Shown: positions 38,661 through 51,930 of the stretch, piece after piece
Numbering within the stretch: position 1 is the first letter of the stretch
How the letters are laid out: every line of letters begins with the position of its first letter
Assembly: GCA_965202585.1 (NCBI GenBank)
Contig: OZ241827.1
Location: 72,106,001 to 72,170,000 of the forward strand
DNA: 64,000 bases
Reading direction: 5' to 3'
DNA from: Thalia democratica
Taxonomy: Eukaryota
The notes under the pieces: model-generated
What the model saw: only the letters and a program-made list of their open reading frames with translations
Database searches by the model: none
What the model was told of the DNA's origin: nothing
Translations under genes and position numbers: made by a program

Positions 38661-40898
38661 GTCTAGAGTGTATAATACCTAAGAAAAACCTACTGCAGCA
38701 CATATGGTACTGGGTTAGAGTCCTGTACGCGTCACATAAGCTCTTTTTTGAATTGGACTTTTAATTCCCCATGCTATAAAATTTATTTTATAATCTTGTA
38801 AAAAGCAGATTTTTATTTTCTCAAGTGTTATAGGTTTAATTTTATTAAGTTTTACATTTTCTCTGTAGTTTTGCCTAAAAGTGTTCTTGATGTTAAAACA
38901 ATGTAAAGAAAAGCTTTTTACAGCAATATTACTTAGCTATCCTTTATTTTAATTATTTTATAGCATCGTATACACACTTACTTTATTACTTATAAACGAA
39001 CACAGTATTGATTTTACTAACACACTTAGTTGAGTATCAACAAATACCTGTTGGTCTCACAGGGGCATAGCTAACAGTGTAGTGTGGACCCGCAACTGGA
39101 AATAGCAAAAAATAATTGGATTTTATCTTTTAAAATTTGAAAAAAAAAACAAAGATTTTAGCGCATTTAATATTCAAACTAAACTAAAATATTCCATCCA
39201 TAACAAAAGTCATGCAAGTTTACGCAAAGCGATTTGAAGGGTTTTGATTCGTTGAAGTTTTGATGTTATTAAAAATCGAAAATCAACGGTTAAAAATTTT
39301 AAGATATAAATATTTTTTGCTATTATTATTATAGTTTGTAAAAGGTGTTTTAAAGATTCATTTCAAAAATTCATTTAGTATTTTTTTTTAATTGATTATG
39401 TATTTTTTGTATGTTTTTTTATTAACACCATAGTAAACCTTCCAAGCGTAAAAAAATTCAGTAAGCATGGAAAATAAGCGTATATATATTTTTAATTTTC
39501 ACACTTTGTAGATTAAAAAAAAAACCAACACATTTTTTGCATACATGCATTTTCAAGAAAAAAAGAATACAATCAAAACTAAACTCTTGGACTTCATTAC
39601 AAAAAAACAAGGTCATTTTGGGATCAAATAAATAAGCCACTTTAGATGATTGAATAGCGTCGGTTACTTAAGTTGACCTATAATATAACTATGACATAAC
39701 AGAAAAAATTTGGTTGTGTTTGGCAAAGTTACTGCATATACAATATGTAAATTTTTATATGCTACTACTATTAACATTGCTGTTTACTTAATTTTTTAAG
39801 TAGCTATGACATCATAACAAAAAATAATTATCTTATAACACTAGTAAATAATAGAATAACGAATTTTATTAATAAAAAATAAGACCCATTTTTTTTCATT
39901 TTTTTTTACTTAGTATTTAAAACCAAAACATAATTTTTTTCCACGTTTTATTCAGTACAATATACATTGAAAAGCTACATAATAGATTTTATTTATTGTT
40001 AGTTAACTTAATTTCAACAAAATTTTGAATGTTTAAATTTATAAATTAATTTTAATTGTAAATTTCACAAACAGTACTAATTTAAGTTTTCTAATTGAAA
40101 CTTAAAATGAGACTAGCATACAACTTATGAAAAAAAAAAAAAAAAATACTGTAACACTTATAAAATTGTCATTTAACAAAAACTAAATACTAAACAAAAA
40201 AACAAAAATGCCACAGTGCAAATCTTCTTTTTGCTCACGAAAACAGTTGTTTCAATGCAGTTTGATTCTGTTCCATAAGCACTGTCTGTAGTCGAACACC
40301 TTTGAAAACATTGTAATCAAATTAAAGTTTTTCGATATACTATTATGTATTATTATTTTTAGAAAACAAACCAGTTGTTTTTAATATTTTTAAATAAAAC
40401 AAAATAAGTTTTTAGATACTTTGAACAGCAAAAGTTACGAAAAGCTGAAATTTTTTACAGCACATAAAATTAAATTTTATTTTATTCTATGCTGTTACTC
40501 AGCTATTACATAGAATTGGTTGTTGTATTGTAATCTAAGTATTTTATTTGTTTTAGTTTTTCAAACTTGCGCAAGTAATATTAAAAATAATTTATCAAAA
40601 AATGCTGTCTTTCTTTTACAGTTTGATCAATAAAAAACTGTAACAGATAAACTTGTAATGAAACATATTTGGTACTTCTTTATAACTATAAAAATTAGTG
40701 ACAAAACTAGACAGCTAGACATAAAAACAAAAATTAAAATTGCTACTAAAAACATAGTTTAATTAGTGCTTTGAGAATACATTTCAAATTTTGTAACATA
40801 TATTTTAAGTAATTATTGAAGTAAACAAGTTTTAATTACTCAAACTAACCATAACATTTCAGTGACTCTTCAGGACCTAGCGGATTTGTTCATCAAAT

Positions 40899-41444
40899 TT
40901 AATTTCCTTTATATATTTTTGCTGCTGGTTCTGAACAGCTTTCAGATAAATAGATTTTACTATCCTCACTACTTTCTGATGGTCTATCAGATGAAGTAAA
41001 ACTACCAGACGACGAATAATCATCAGACCGAGAATACCTTTGAGACCAACTTTCAATTAACTCATTTTCTGAATGATCAAAACTATAGTTTTAAAAAGAA
41101 CTTTCGTCAGACTCACTCAAGTTACTAGCTGGTCTTGACGCGTCACTGATTGGAAGAATTGAAGAATTTGACTCTGAAATCCTGAGATACTCTGAGGCAT
41201 CATTTCTACAAGTACTAGGACATTCAACACAGCTCAGTCATTCTTCTTTGCTTTTGTTGAAATTTAGTCTTCTGATCACCCATTTGTTTTCATCTGTATC
41301 GTATAGATACACTTTGCGCTCATTAAAACGGTTAACGTTTATTTTGTTACCTAAACAAACACAATAGTTGCCATAACCTATAATAAATGCTGACTTAAAA
41401 AAGGAAAATATTCTAGAAATTAGTTGTCGAAGACTTCACAACTT
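40899..41444 (-). pseudogene. Duplicate of the 9964-10509 kelch 3' half
   Basis: Same sequence at offset 30935. Confidence 0.8.
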
Positions 41445-41955
41445 TGGTTCCTAGTAACCAAGACACTCCTAGTAACCAAGGTGATCCTAGTAATCAAGAC
41501 ACACCTAGTAACCAATGCATTACTAGTAACCAAAGCATTTGTAGCAACTAATGCGTTCCAAGCAACCTTTGCTTTCCCGTTACCAAGGTGTTACCATGAC
41601 TACGAACACTCCTCCCGTAACCACCTTGCGGATGAAAACTGTTGCTAGGGAGCAAAAGAGAGCGAATCCGCTACCTGGCGCCCTCGGACCTCACGGAACA
41701 AGTTACTTGTCTGCAGCTGGAAAGAAAGAGGAAAGTGAAAGAAAAGTTCAAACTATAGTTCAGCAGCGTAAAAGGGCGGTAGCACAAGGTAGTCAACAGG
41801 AACAACCACCGACGAAAAAGATTAAAACATCAGAAGATGAAAATGTTGCATCAACAAGTACAAATGAAAGTGAATCTTCATCACCAAGTACAAAATTGAG
41901 ACCGAAAAGTAAACATCAAAGTACGACTGAAAGTTTGTACGAAGAGTTTAAATGA
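41445..41955 (+). pseudogene. Duplicate of the 10510-11020 PSNQ-gene fragment
   Basis: Same sequence at offset 30935. Confidence 0.75.
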
Positions 41956-43691
41956 ACACAAATGAGTATTGTTAGTATCTTTTAATTGACGATTACTTGA
42001 TCAATTTCTTAAAAAAACTGTTTATGCTCCAAACGCGTAGTTACATGAACAAATTTGAATAAATATTACTTAATTCAAAAAGCCATAAAAATAACAGTTT
42101 AGAATGTCTGAGTAGTGTTATCGCTTATTTTAAAAGGAAACAACGATCATCTTTCAAAACAACCCTAAGAAAAGGTCATTGTTTGTTAATGAGAATACTT
42201 TTAAATAACGTAAAAATGTCAAAAACGTAATAAAAAAACTTTGTTTTGATTTATTTTTTGACTTTAAAAGCTACTGAAGCTAAACAAAAAGCTTAAAGTT
42301 AAACAGTTTAGTAGAAGTTGTTATTTTTTTACAATTTAACTATTTCAGTTAGACACTATGTACAAAAAAGTAATATAAAAACAATTAAAGATAAATAAAA
42401 TAAAAAACACTTATGAGAGTTTTGAACTATTTTATAAAATTATTATATTTTTAAATTAAACATAAGTACTGTGAAATCAAAATAGTTGTGAACCAAACTA
42501 AGTTAAATTGCAGTAATTAATGGACAAACTATTTTTTTTTGATTAAAAATTTTGCTGATACCCTTAGACTATTCTCAAAACCTAATTTGATTTAACTAAA
42601 AAATTATGAAAATTTATTACTCATGTTTACGTTTCATACATGAAACAAGTTTGAACTAAAAAATACCATTTCAATAAATGAAATTATCCATCTTAGCAGT
42701 TCTTAATTTTTAATAAAATTTAACAAAACATAAAAAATGTCAAATTTTTGGTTGTTAAAACTTTTACATATAAAAATACAATTTTTTTTTAATCGGTATA
42801 AATTTTAAGACTTTTTACATGTTTACGTTTAACATTTAACTTTAACTTCGTTTTAGTTTTACATTATACTTACTAATAAATTCTTAGTACTTTTTAGACA
42901 AATTTTCCGAATAAAATGTTCTGAAAACAGCTCTAAGTGTATGCAGTTTTACGAATTGTAATTATTAAATAATTTAATGTAGTTTTAAGTAAGTTTATTT
43001 CAAATTTTAACTCAGCTAAATTAAAACAACATTGTTACTAAGTAACTTTATCATAGTCTTGCCATTTTGTTGAAAATTTGTGAAATTTATTTCATTTTAC
43101 CAAAAAATATTAAACATTTAAATAAAATAATTAATATTAATTATTAATACATCTTTACTTTTCAACTGTTCGATAAAGTACTTTTTCAACAAAGTAAAAC
43201 AATAATTTAATAACTTATTAAGATACTAACTAAAAGTAACACTTGCATTACAATAACATAACTTATTGCTTATTTATAAACTGATTAGTTTCTAAAAATT
43301 CATCCAAGCTTAAAATTAAAATACTTTTCAATATATGTAGCTAGTAGAATATTAAGTTGTCAGTTTAGTGTTTGTTGTAAGAAATGTAATAAAGGGTATG
43401 CGTTACTATTTATTCACCTAGTTATATTTAAAAAAACTACGTTAGCTTATCTAGTAGAATTAATTTATACAAATCGATTTCAGTAAAAATGATTTCTGTT
43501 TTAAACTTTATACTGCAATATACGAGTTAAAGTTCACGAAAATTTTAAAAACAGTTTTTGCTAAAATTCAAATGCTTTAATTTGTTACTAGTCTGTAGTT
43601 TACACACATTTTAGTTACAAAAATATATTTAATAATATTTTAGCAACATTTCAGGCCTTTTTTTTTGTATCTGTAAAATTTGTTTCTTGTC

Positions 43692-44024
43692 ATGGCGCGA
43701 GGGAAAATGGGACCTGCGCGGGGCAAACCACGTGTTCTCTCAAAAGGAAGAATTCGGAGAATGCAAAGAAAGAAAGGAATATTTCAAACATCAAATGCCA
43801 CTGATTTAAAAACCAGCGAAGCACCGGAAAAGTTAGAGCTACGAGGCATAAACAATTCTGTTTTGTATCAAAATAGGTATTGTGACCAGCAAGAATTTGG
43901 TGTGATTTAGTGCGGACGTCGGGATACTAAAACTAAAAGATTTTCTGAGCATGTAGTGGAACTGAAAGGTGAAAATTTAATAAGTTTACCCTCAATGTTG
44001 AAAGTTAAACATGCATGCCAGTCT
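43692..44024 (+). pseudogene. Duplicate of the 12758-13090 kelch 5' fragment
   Basis: Same sequence at offset 30934. Confidence 0.8.
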
Positions 44025-47000
44025 TTAGCTCTAGAACATTCTTAGTTGTAAATGCATTTTGGAGTATTTGAGAAAGAATAAAACAGCGGTAGAAACCGTC
44101 AACTCACAAGTTTTAAGAGAATTAAAAAAGTTAATGTTATAATAACCAAATCAAATAATAATAAAAATCATACACTACATTGGGTGTTTGAAATTTTTAC
44201 AAAGAAGCGACGTTGAAAAATTATTTGTTGGTTCTTTAATTTTGAGAAATATAATAGTACCAAGTTTGTATTTTGAAACCTAAAAAGCAAAGCATTTATC
44301 AAAACTTTGATAGAAAAGTTCAACAACTACTAGTTCTAATTTTGCGCAGTTCGCAGCTTGTTAAAGAAATTGAATTAGATTTCAGCTGGGTCTTGTCAGT
44401 GCCTCAGTTGAACTCATTAAAAAATGTGATCTATTGTCATATTTGCAAAGATCATTGGAGATGTGTAAAAAGATAAGAATATTTTCATCTTTCTTACAAC
44501 TGTTCATTTAAGCAGAACCCACGTCAAGAAATCGCAAACAATTCAAGTAAGATAATAACAAAAAATTTGCTATAAAAGTTGCACTGATTTATAAAAAGTC
44601 AAGTATAAATCCTTACTAGGCATTATAATTTTGTTTTAATTTTGAAAAAAAAAATTATGAATTTGGAAACCAAATTGACAATATATCATAAAGTTTATAG
44701 GACTTAAATTTTAATTGTGACTCTACAACAATTGTTGTAAGTAACAAATTTTATTCATACTTTGAAACTAGGCTGTGCAACGGGTTCACTTTTTTTTTTC
44801 TTATTTCTACTCAGTGCATTTTGTGGCTGTCCAGAATGCTAATGTTGGTAGCAATAGTGAACTTGATACTTTACACTACCCAGCCATTTTTAACTTAGAT
44901 AAGTATATGCCACTTTTTTCACCATGGTCTGGTGTGTTAATGTAAACAAAACAAGAGACACCTACGACTATGTGGAAAACTAGTTGTGGTTATCAATCAT
45001 TCTGTGTTTTAAACTAAGCGTTATGGGCTTAAAAGTTTTGTTGAAATGCATGATTCTACTTTAACTACTAGATTTTATGGGCGTGAAATTTTTTTTAGTG
45101 GTTACATGCAGGAGTCATTGTCAGTAAGAAAAAGAAAGATAACAAAAGTTATAAAAGCACAACAATGGATGAACAAGTCTAATGTTTGTTCAGGAAAACC
45201 ACGACTCCTGCAATAAGACCTAATAAATGTTTGTAGCTTCTAAAACTACATATAGTTAGGTTAATCAAAAAAGTACATTTGAAAAAATTCTTTGAGCGAA
45301 ATACGATGACCACAGCTATAGTGCAAACCTAAAAACTTCGAAACAATTTTATAATATAAATCAAATCTACAATGACATAAAAGATACGAGATAAATATAA
45401 CTGGATCAAGTTGACCTAAACTTAAAACATAGAAGACTGCGGGGGGAAGAATGGTTAGATACGAGATTATAAATCTTCTTTTGCTGAATCATTTACTTGA
45501 TACTAAGTTTAAAGAAATTTCGGATAAAAAACAACGGACCATATAACGCACTCTAACAAAACTTGGCTAGGGAAGTTTTTACAACTACTAGATTAAAATT
45601 CGTGCAAAGCATATAAAGAAAAAAAGTAGTCTTTCGTACATGCCACTTAGTGTTTAATGATATGATTTAAAGACTTGCAAAAAAAAAAACAATTTTCTGA
45701 GTAGTAGATCATTTAATTACTTTTTTTTAAAGAAAGTACAATAAGTTTAATTTCAAACCTTTGTACAAAATGCGTAAAAATGAAATACTGCTATTGTCTT
45801 ATTTAATATTGCACTAAATAAAACTTGACTTGAAGATGAGCTTAAATATAAAAACAGTTTAAATCACCGGTTTAAAATACTTTGATAGAAAACTGCATGC
45901 AGTTTGCAGTGCTTATGGAAGAATGCAAGTCCGCAGGCTTTCATCTGAAAAGTTTAAAAAAACATGTTTTGTTGGTGGTGAGTTTATTTTTATCGGGTTT
46001 TAATCAAAACTCTATGTAGTTTTAAAATCTTTTGTATAATAACAAATGAACTGAGTAACCTAAATACATACGAAGTTGCAATTTAATTTTGGAGTACTTG
46101 AGAAAGAGTGCAACAGCAGTAGAAGTAATCAACAAGTTTCAAGAGAATTGAAAAAAGTTAATGCTGTTAATAATGATCGAATGCAATAAAAACATACAAC
46201 GCATAGAGTGTAGGAAATTTATATATAGAAGCAACTTTGAAAAATTATTTGTTGATTCTTTAAATTATGAGAAGTATAGTAGTACTAAAATAGTAGTTTT
46301 GAAACTTAAAAAGCATCTATTGAAACTTGGCTATGGAAGTTTAACAACTTCTATTGTAGTACTACTAAAAATTAAACTAAATATTAAGATAGTTTTCTAC
46401 AAGTTGTTCAAAATTTATTATTGTTATTATGAGATACTTTTATAGCAATTGCTAATAAAAAGAAGGATAAAATATATTTTTTGTGAAATCTTTTGTACTT
46501 GCTTTTTGTATTTGCACTTTAGAAAAAACCTATTGAACTCTCTAACTTTGATTGGTTGTAGCTTCAAAATCACTTTTAATCACAAAAATTTGTTAATACT
46601 AATTGATAGCTTAAAAATTGTAAAAATTAGACTAAATTTTCAATAAAACCATTTACCCCCTCTTCTATACCATTAATGAAATTTTATTTAAATTAATATG
46701 AATCAAAAGTTTATCCATTTCTGAATGGAGATAATCACTCATACAAATCTTATTTCAAATGATTATTTTGAAAATAAAATAATCAAAACCTCTGAAATGA
46801 CATCTTTTATTACATTGTTTCTCAAAACATAAACAAACATTAATATCAACTTGAAAGTATATGATAATGAATATTTTTCTACATCACAAAAGAGAACTTT
46901 TCTTGAAATTTTAACAGCACCAACCAACACAAACTGTTTATCACACTTTTATTCATATACCAGAAAAACATCACCCATAACTAGGATACACACACCTTTA

Positions 47001-47679
47001 TCGCATTCTTCTTCAGCCAACTGGCCCAGTCTAAGTTACCATCCTTCTTTACATAACAATACTGACATATTCAATGATTTATCTTTATTTTTCTTTAACC
47101 AACTAAGACTCTTTATTAGATATTAAAAAGTTATATAGCAAACATAAGCTAGGCTACAAAAAACCAGTTAAAATAATTATAAATAATAAATTTTAAAAAT
47201 TACAAGACCAGCAGATAACAAGTTGCTACTTCAAGGTAGACCAGTATAACAAAATCTACTATGGATCATGTTGTTGGACTATGTTACCAGATGGACAGGT
47301 TCGCATTCCAATAATATATCTTTAATTTCCTTAGAAAATGATGTCATTACGAAAAAGATCCAAAGACTCAGATAGAATTAGTTTCCCACTATCTATAAGA
47401 AAGAACAAATCTAAATGTAATAGTCGCTATTAATGTTTGACTATATCTTTATGAACACAATTCTGGTGCATTTTATGGAGTACCAAATAATTCTTGCAGA
47501 TGCTATAGTATTGAAAACAAAAAAAAAAGTTGCAAAAAAAAAATATGAAAAACGTAGAAATATACCATCAGTTTCACCAACATTTCAAATCTAAACACAC
47601 AGTATCAAACATTAAAAATTTATTAAAATCTTAAACTCATCTAGAAACAACTGCAGTAGGTAGAAGGAGTATTCTACAT

Positions 47680-50600
47680 ATAATATTAAGTTATGTAACT
47701 AGTAATACTCACATGCATTTCAATATCATTCAAGGAAATAAACGTGGAGCGATCGAAGAGAAACAAATTGTAAATGCAAATGAATAAGAAAGAAGACTCG
47801 TGGGAGAAAAAAACTTGATAACAGCTTTAAAAAAGCTAATGTAAGTATAATATAAGTAATTTGCTTTGTGTATAGTTTTTGTATCAATAGGTATCAACAG
47901 GTTGTATCTGGACGGAGCTACAACCGATAGAATTTCATGATGATTATCTACAGCGAGCGGCAGATGAAGATCAAAAAGTGTCCACTTGTTTCTTTACATG
48001 TCGACACAACTAGCTACATTGTGAAGAAGTTAAATGGAAGAAAGTGTACCTTACTTCATGTATTTTCTGAGGTTTGTTGAACCTAGTTTTTCTTTTGTTT
48101 GAGTATGCTAATACAAAATTTTAGAAAAAGATGAACAGTCAAAGAAGTTGGCACCAAAAAAATCACCCACCTCTTGTACTGGCTGAAATGTGGTCTTTGC
48201 GCACAACTACAGAAGATTATAGGCACTTCTTAGCAAAAAATAACAATGACATTCTGGACATATCAGATAGTTGTTGGCTATAAAACATATTATGGAAATG
48301 TTAAATGTTTTTAAAACAGACAAAGCTGTTATTATGCACGTAGAATGTGACTTCTTGTTAGAACTATTAAACTGAATCTGTGTTTAACGAGATGTCATTG
48401 CAGTTTTATACCCAGATGTGCTACGAAGCCATGACAGCAAAATGTAAGTTGAAAAAGTTATAGCAAGAAAAACATAATTTTTTTAAATATGTAATTGTGT
48501 TGTTTTAAGAGGTGTAAGATACGCTATGAAAGTGCTAAAAAGTCAACCAGATGTGAAGTACACATTTGTAGTAACCATAACTCGCACTCCTTTAAAATGT
48601 AATACACCAGATTATCTGTTTATAATTAGTCATGATTGATGCACTAGAAAATGGCATTAACCTTCAGGTTTTTTGAGAAAAATAAAGTTTCAAAAGAACA
48701 AAGAAGTATATCAGAAATGCCATTTACTAATGTAAAGAGAGGAAGAAAAGGGGAAAGTCCAATTGAATTACAAAAAATGTGCAAATCCTTCTAGAAACAA
48801 AATACTTTACAAATCCAACAACCCATCCTGTAGGTGAATGTTATAAGTTACCTTTCATTATTATGATTTAGATTCAACCATCAGTCAAAAGCTTTTTACA
48901 AAACAAAAACATAGAAGTTTTTGCTGAACCCAGCAAAGACTTCGACGGTCCAAACTTGAGTATTCCTAAAAACTTAAAAATTCAATACAAATTTAAAGAA
49001 TGCTTTGTGGTTATAGATATTTTTGATAAAAACTTGACTGAAAATGTCAATCAATCTTTTTCTAAAACTAATACACTATGTAATCTTGTGTGTTATAGCA
49101 AATACACAAAAGAAACATATCTTTTAGCTATGATTAATTTCAAATGCAGTTTCAAAGACTGTCAGGCAACATATAAATTTACTCTAGTTTATTCTAATTT
49201 ATCATTTGTTACAGATCCAGTATTTAAAGTAGTTCAAACCGGACAAATATTGCATAACAAAGTCTTTCAAAAACAATTTAAAAAAAATTTGTTCTTAAAA
49301 AATTAAGTAAGAAAAAAGTGATTTGAGAGAACAGCTGTCAGAAGCTAAAAATCCTAGCCAGGTTTATTATGGTTTGCTGGAAAAGCTTCAAGTAGAAAAA
49401 CTTTCAGGCAAACATACAGAGAAAGCTAACCATAGTGATTTTATTTCTAAAAAACAACTAAGTAGCCTCAAGAGTAACTACCTTAAAAATTTTAAGTTAG
49501 ATCAGGACTCCTTTTTAGAAATAATTAAGTTTAAAAAGCTACAAGAATTAATAAACATTATAAGAGAAATATGCCACACACCTCTAAGGTTAATTGTAGT
49601 ACATCAAGATGCATTTAAATGTATAAAACGACAAATTACTAACCATTTTCTATTACAAAGAGGATGTAATAGTGATGGTCCGTAATTCTCGTGAAACATT
49701 GAGTAGTTATATTAATTTAAACTTAACTTTAGTCAATTGACACTTACTTTGTTAAATATGCAATAGTGTTAATTTTAGAGGTGTAAGCTCCGCTACAAAA
49801 CTCAATCAGATGTGCAGTACACAATTGTAGTAACCATAAAATGTAATCCTTCGAAAAACATTATACCTGATTATTTGTTTACAATGGGTCATAATGCACT
49901 AAAAATGGCATTAACCTTCAGGTTTTTTGAGGAAAATAAAGTTTCAAATTAACAAAGAAGAATTTACATGTATGCTGTTAGCAGAATGATGACCAGCACA
50001 AGCTATGAATACATCAAGCTTATATACTACCATCTAGCAGTTTTGTCCACCAATGAATGTTTGTTTATAATTAAAAGTTGCATGAAATTTTTAATCTATG
50101 ATATTTAGATATCACTCAAGAGATTATAGAAAGTGAGGAATTTATAAGAACCCTAATAGCAGAAAGGTAGTTTTAAAATACTTAATTTAAACTTGTTTCT
50201 TAAAAATAGAAAACCGCAGAAAATCTGCAGGACCTGCTCCTATAAATAAATGGAAATAGCGAACGCTGACGGGGAACTTTTTTATTTAAGAGGAACGAAT
50301 TAATATGCTTTTGTGTACATTTAAAAAAGCTTTATTTCAAAACTTAAGAACATCTTGATAAAAATTAATAAACTTTTAAGATATTGAACACAAGAAGATA
50401 TAGATATAGAGGTACGTATAAAAGCACTAAAAGCAGAAAGGTAGTTTTATAATATTTAAGTTAAAGTTGTTTCTTAAACAAACGTATATGCACATTATTA
50501 AAATATTAAATGTTTTTAAAACAGACAAAGCTGTTATTAGGCACGTAGAATGTGACTTCTCGTTTGCTTTATTAATTGTAATCTGCTCTGTGTTTAACGA

Positions 50601-51930
50601 CATGTCATTGCAGCATTGTATCCAGATGTGCTACGAAGCCATGACAGCAGAATAAGTTGAAAAATTATAATAAGTAAAAAGATATTTTATCAAACAAAAT
50701 TTGTTAAATATGCAATTGTGCTGTTTTTAAAGGTGTAAGCTCCAATATGATATAACTACAAAAGTCAACCAGATAAGTAGTACATACATATTTGTAGTAA
50801 CCATAACATGTACTCCTTCAAAAAATAATATACCTGATTGTTTGTTCATAATTAGTCATAATGCACTAAAAATGGCATTAACCTTCAGGTTTTTTGAGGA
50901 AAATAAAGTTTCAAATGAACAACGAAGTATATCAGAAATGCCATTTACTAGTGTAAAGAGAGGAAGAAAAGTCGAATGAATTACAAAAAATATGCAAATA
51001 CCTTCTAGATACAAAATACTTTACAAATTTAACAACCCATCCTGTAGGTGAATGTTATAAGTTAGTTACCTTTCATCATTATAATTTCGATTCAGAGGTC
51101 AACTCTCTAAAATAAAAATGTTAATTGTTAGAGTCAAAAGTTTTTTACACAACAAAAAGATAAAAGTTTTTGCTGAACTCAGCAAAGACTTTGACGGTCC
51201 AAACTTGAGTATTCCTAAAAAATCCAATACAAATTTTTTTTTGACGAAAGATATTTTTGATAAAAACTTGACTGAAAATGATAATAGAACTTTTTCAAAA
51301 ATTAATACACTATATAAATGTGTGTATTGCAAATACACAAAAGAAACATATTGTTTAGCTATAATTAACTTCAAATGCAGTTTCAAAGACTGTCCGGCAA
51401 CATATAAATTTACTCTAGTTAATTCTAGTTTATCTTCTGATACAGATCCAGTATTTAAAATAGTTCAAACCGGACAAATATTGCATAACATAGTCTTTCA
51501 AAAACAATTAAAAAAAAAAAGTTCCTTAAAATTAATGTAAGGAAGAAAAAAATTATTTGAGAGAACAACTGTCAGAAGCTAAAAATCCTAGCCAGGTTTA
51601 TTATAGTTTGCTGGAAAAGCGTCGAGTAGAGAAACTTTCAGGCAAACATACAGAGAAAGCTAAATAAAGTGATTTTATTTCTAAAAAACAACTACGTAGC
51701 CTTAAGAGTGACCACCTTAAAAATTCTAAGTTAGATCAGGACCCTTTTTTAGAATTAATTTAGTTTAAAAAGCTACAAGAATTAAAAAAAGAATTTTAAG
51801 AGAACTATGCCACACACCTTTAAGGTTAATTCTAGTACATCAAGATGCATTTAAATGTATAAAACAAGAAATAAAGTGACAAATTATTAACCGTTTTCTA
51901 TTAAAAAGAGGATGTAATAGTGATGGTCTG
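47680..51930 (+). mobile_element. Rearranged, internally duplicated Mutator-like transposase remnants
   Basis: LHVDTT (Asp 48003), LAEMWS, VECDFSFALL (50545-50575), CSNH three times (~48567, ~49826, ~50794), and CSFKDC..H zinc-finger-like segments in ORFs 48956 and 51118. 48300-49680 is duplicated at 50505-51930. Confidence 0.65.

Larger units (their letters stand above)
30927..47679 (+). repeat. Segmental duplication, copy 2
   Basis: As for copy 1; only scattered SNPs and homopolymer-length differences are seen by eye. Confidence 0.95.
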
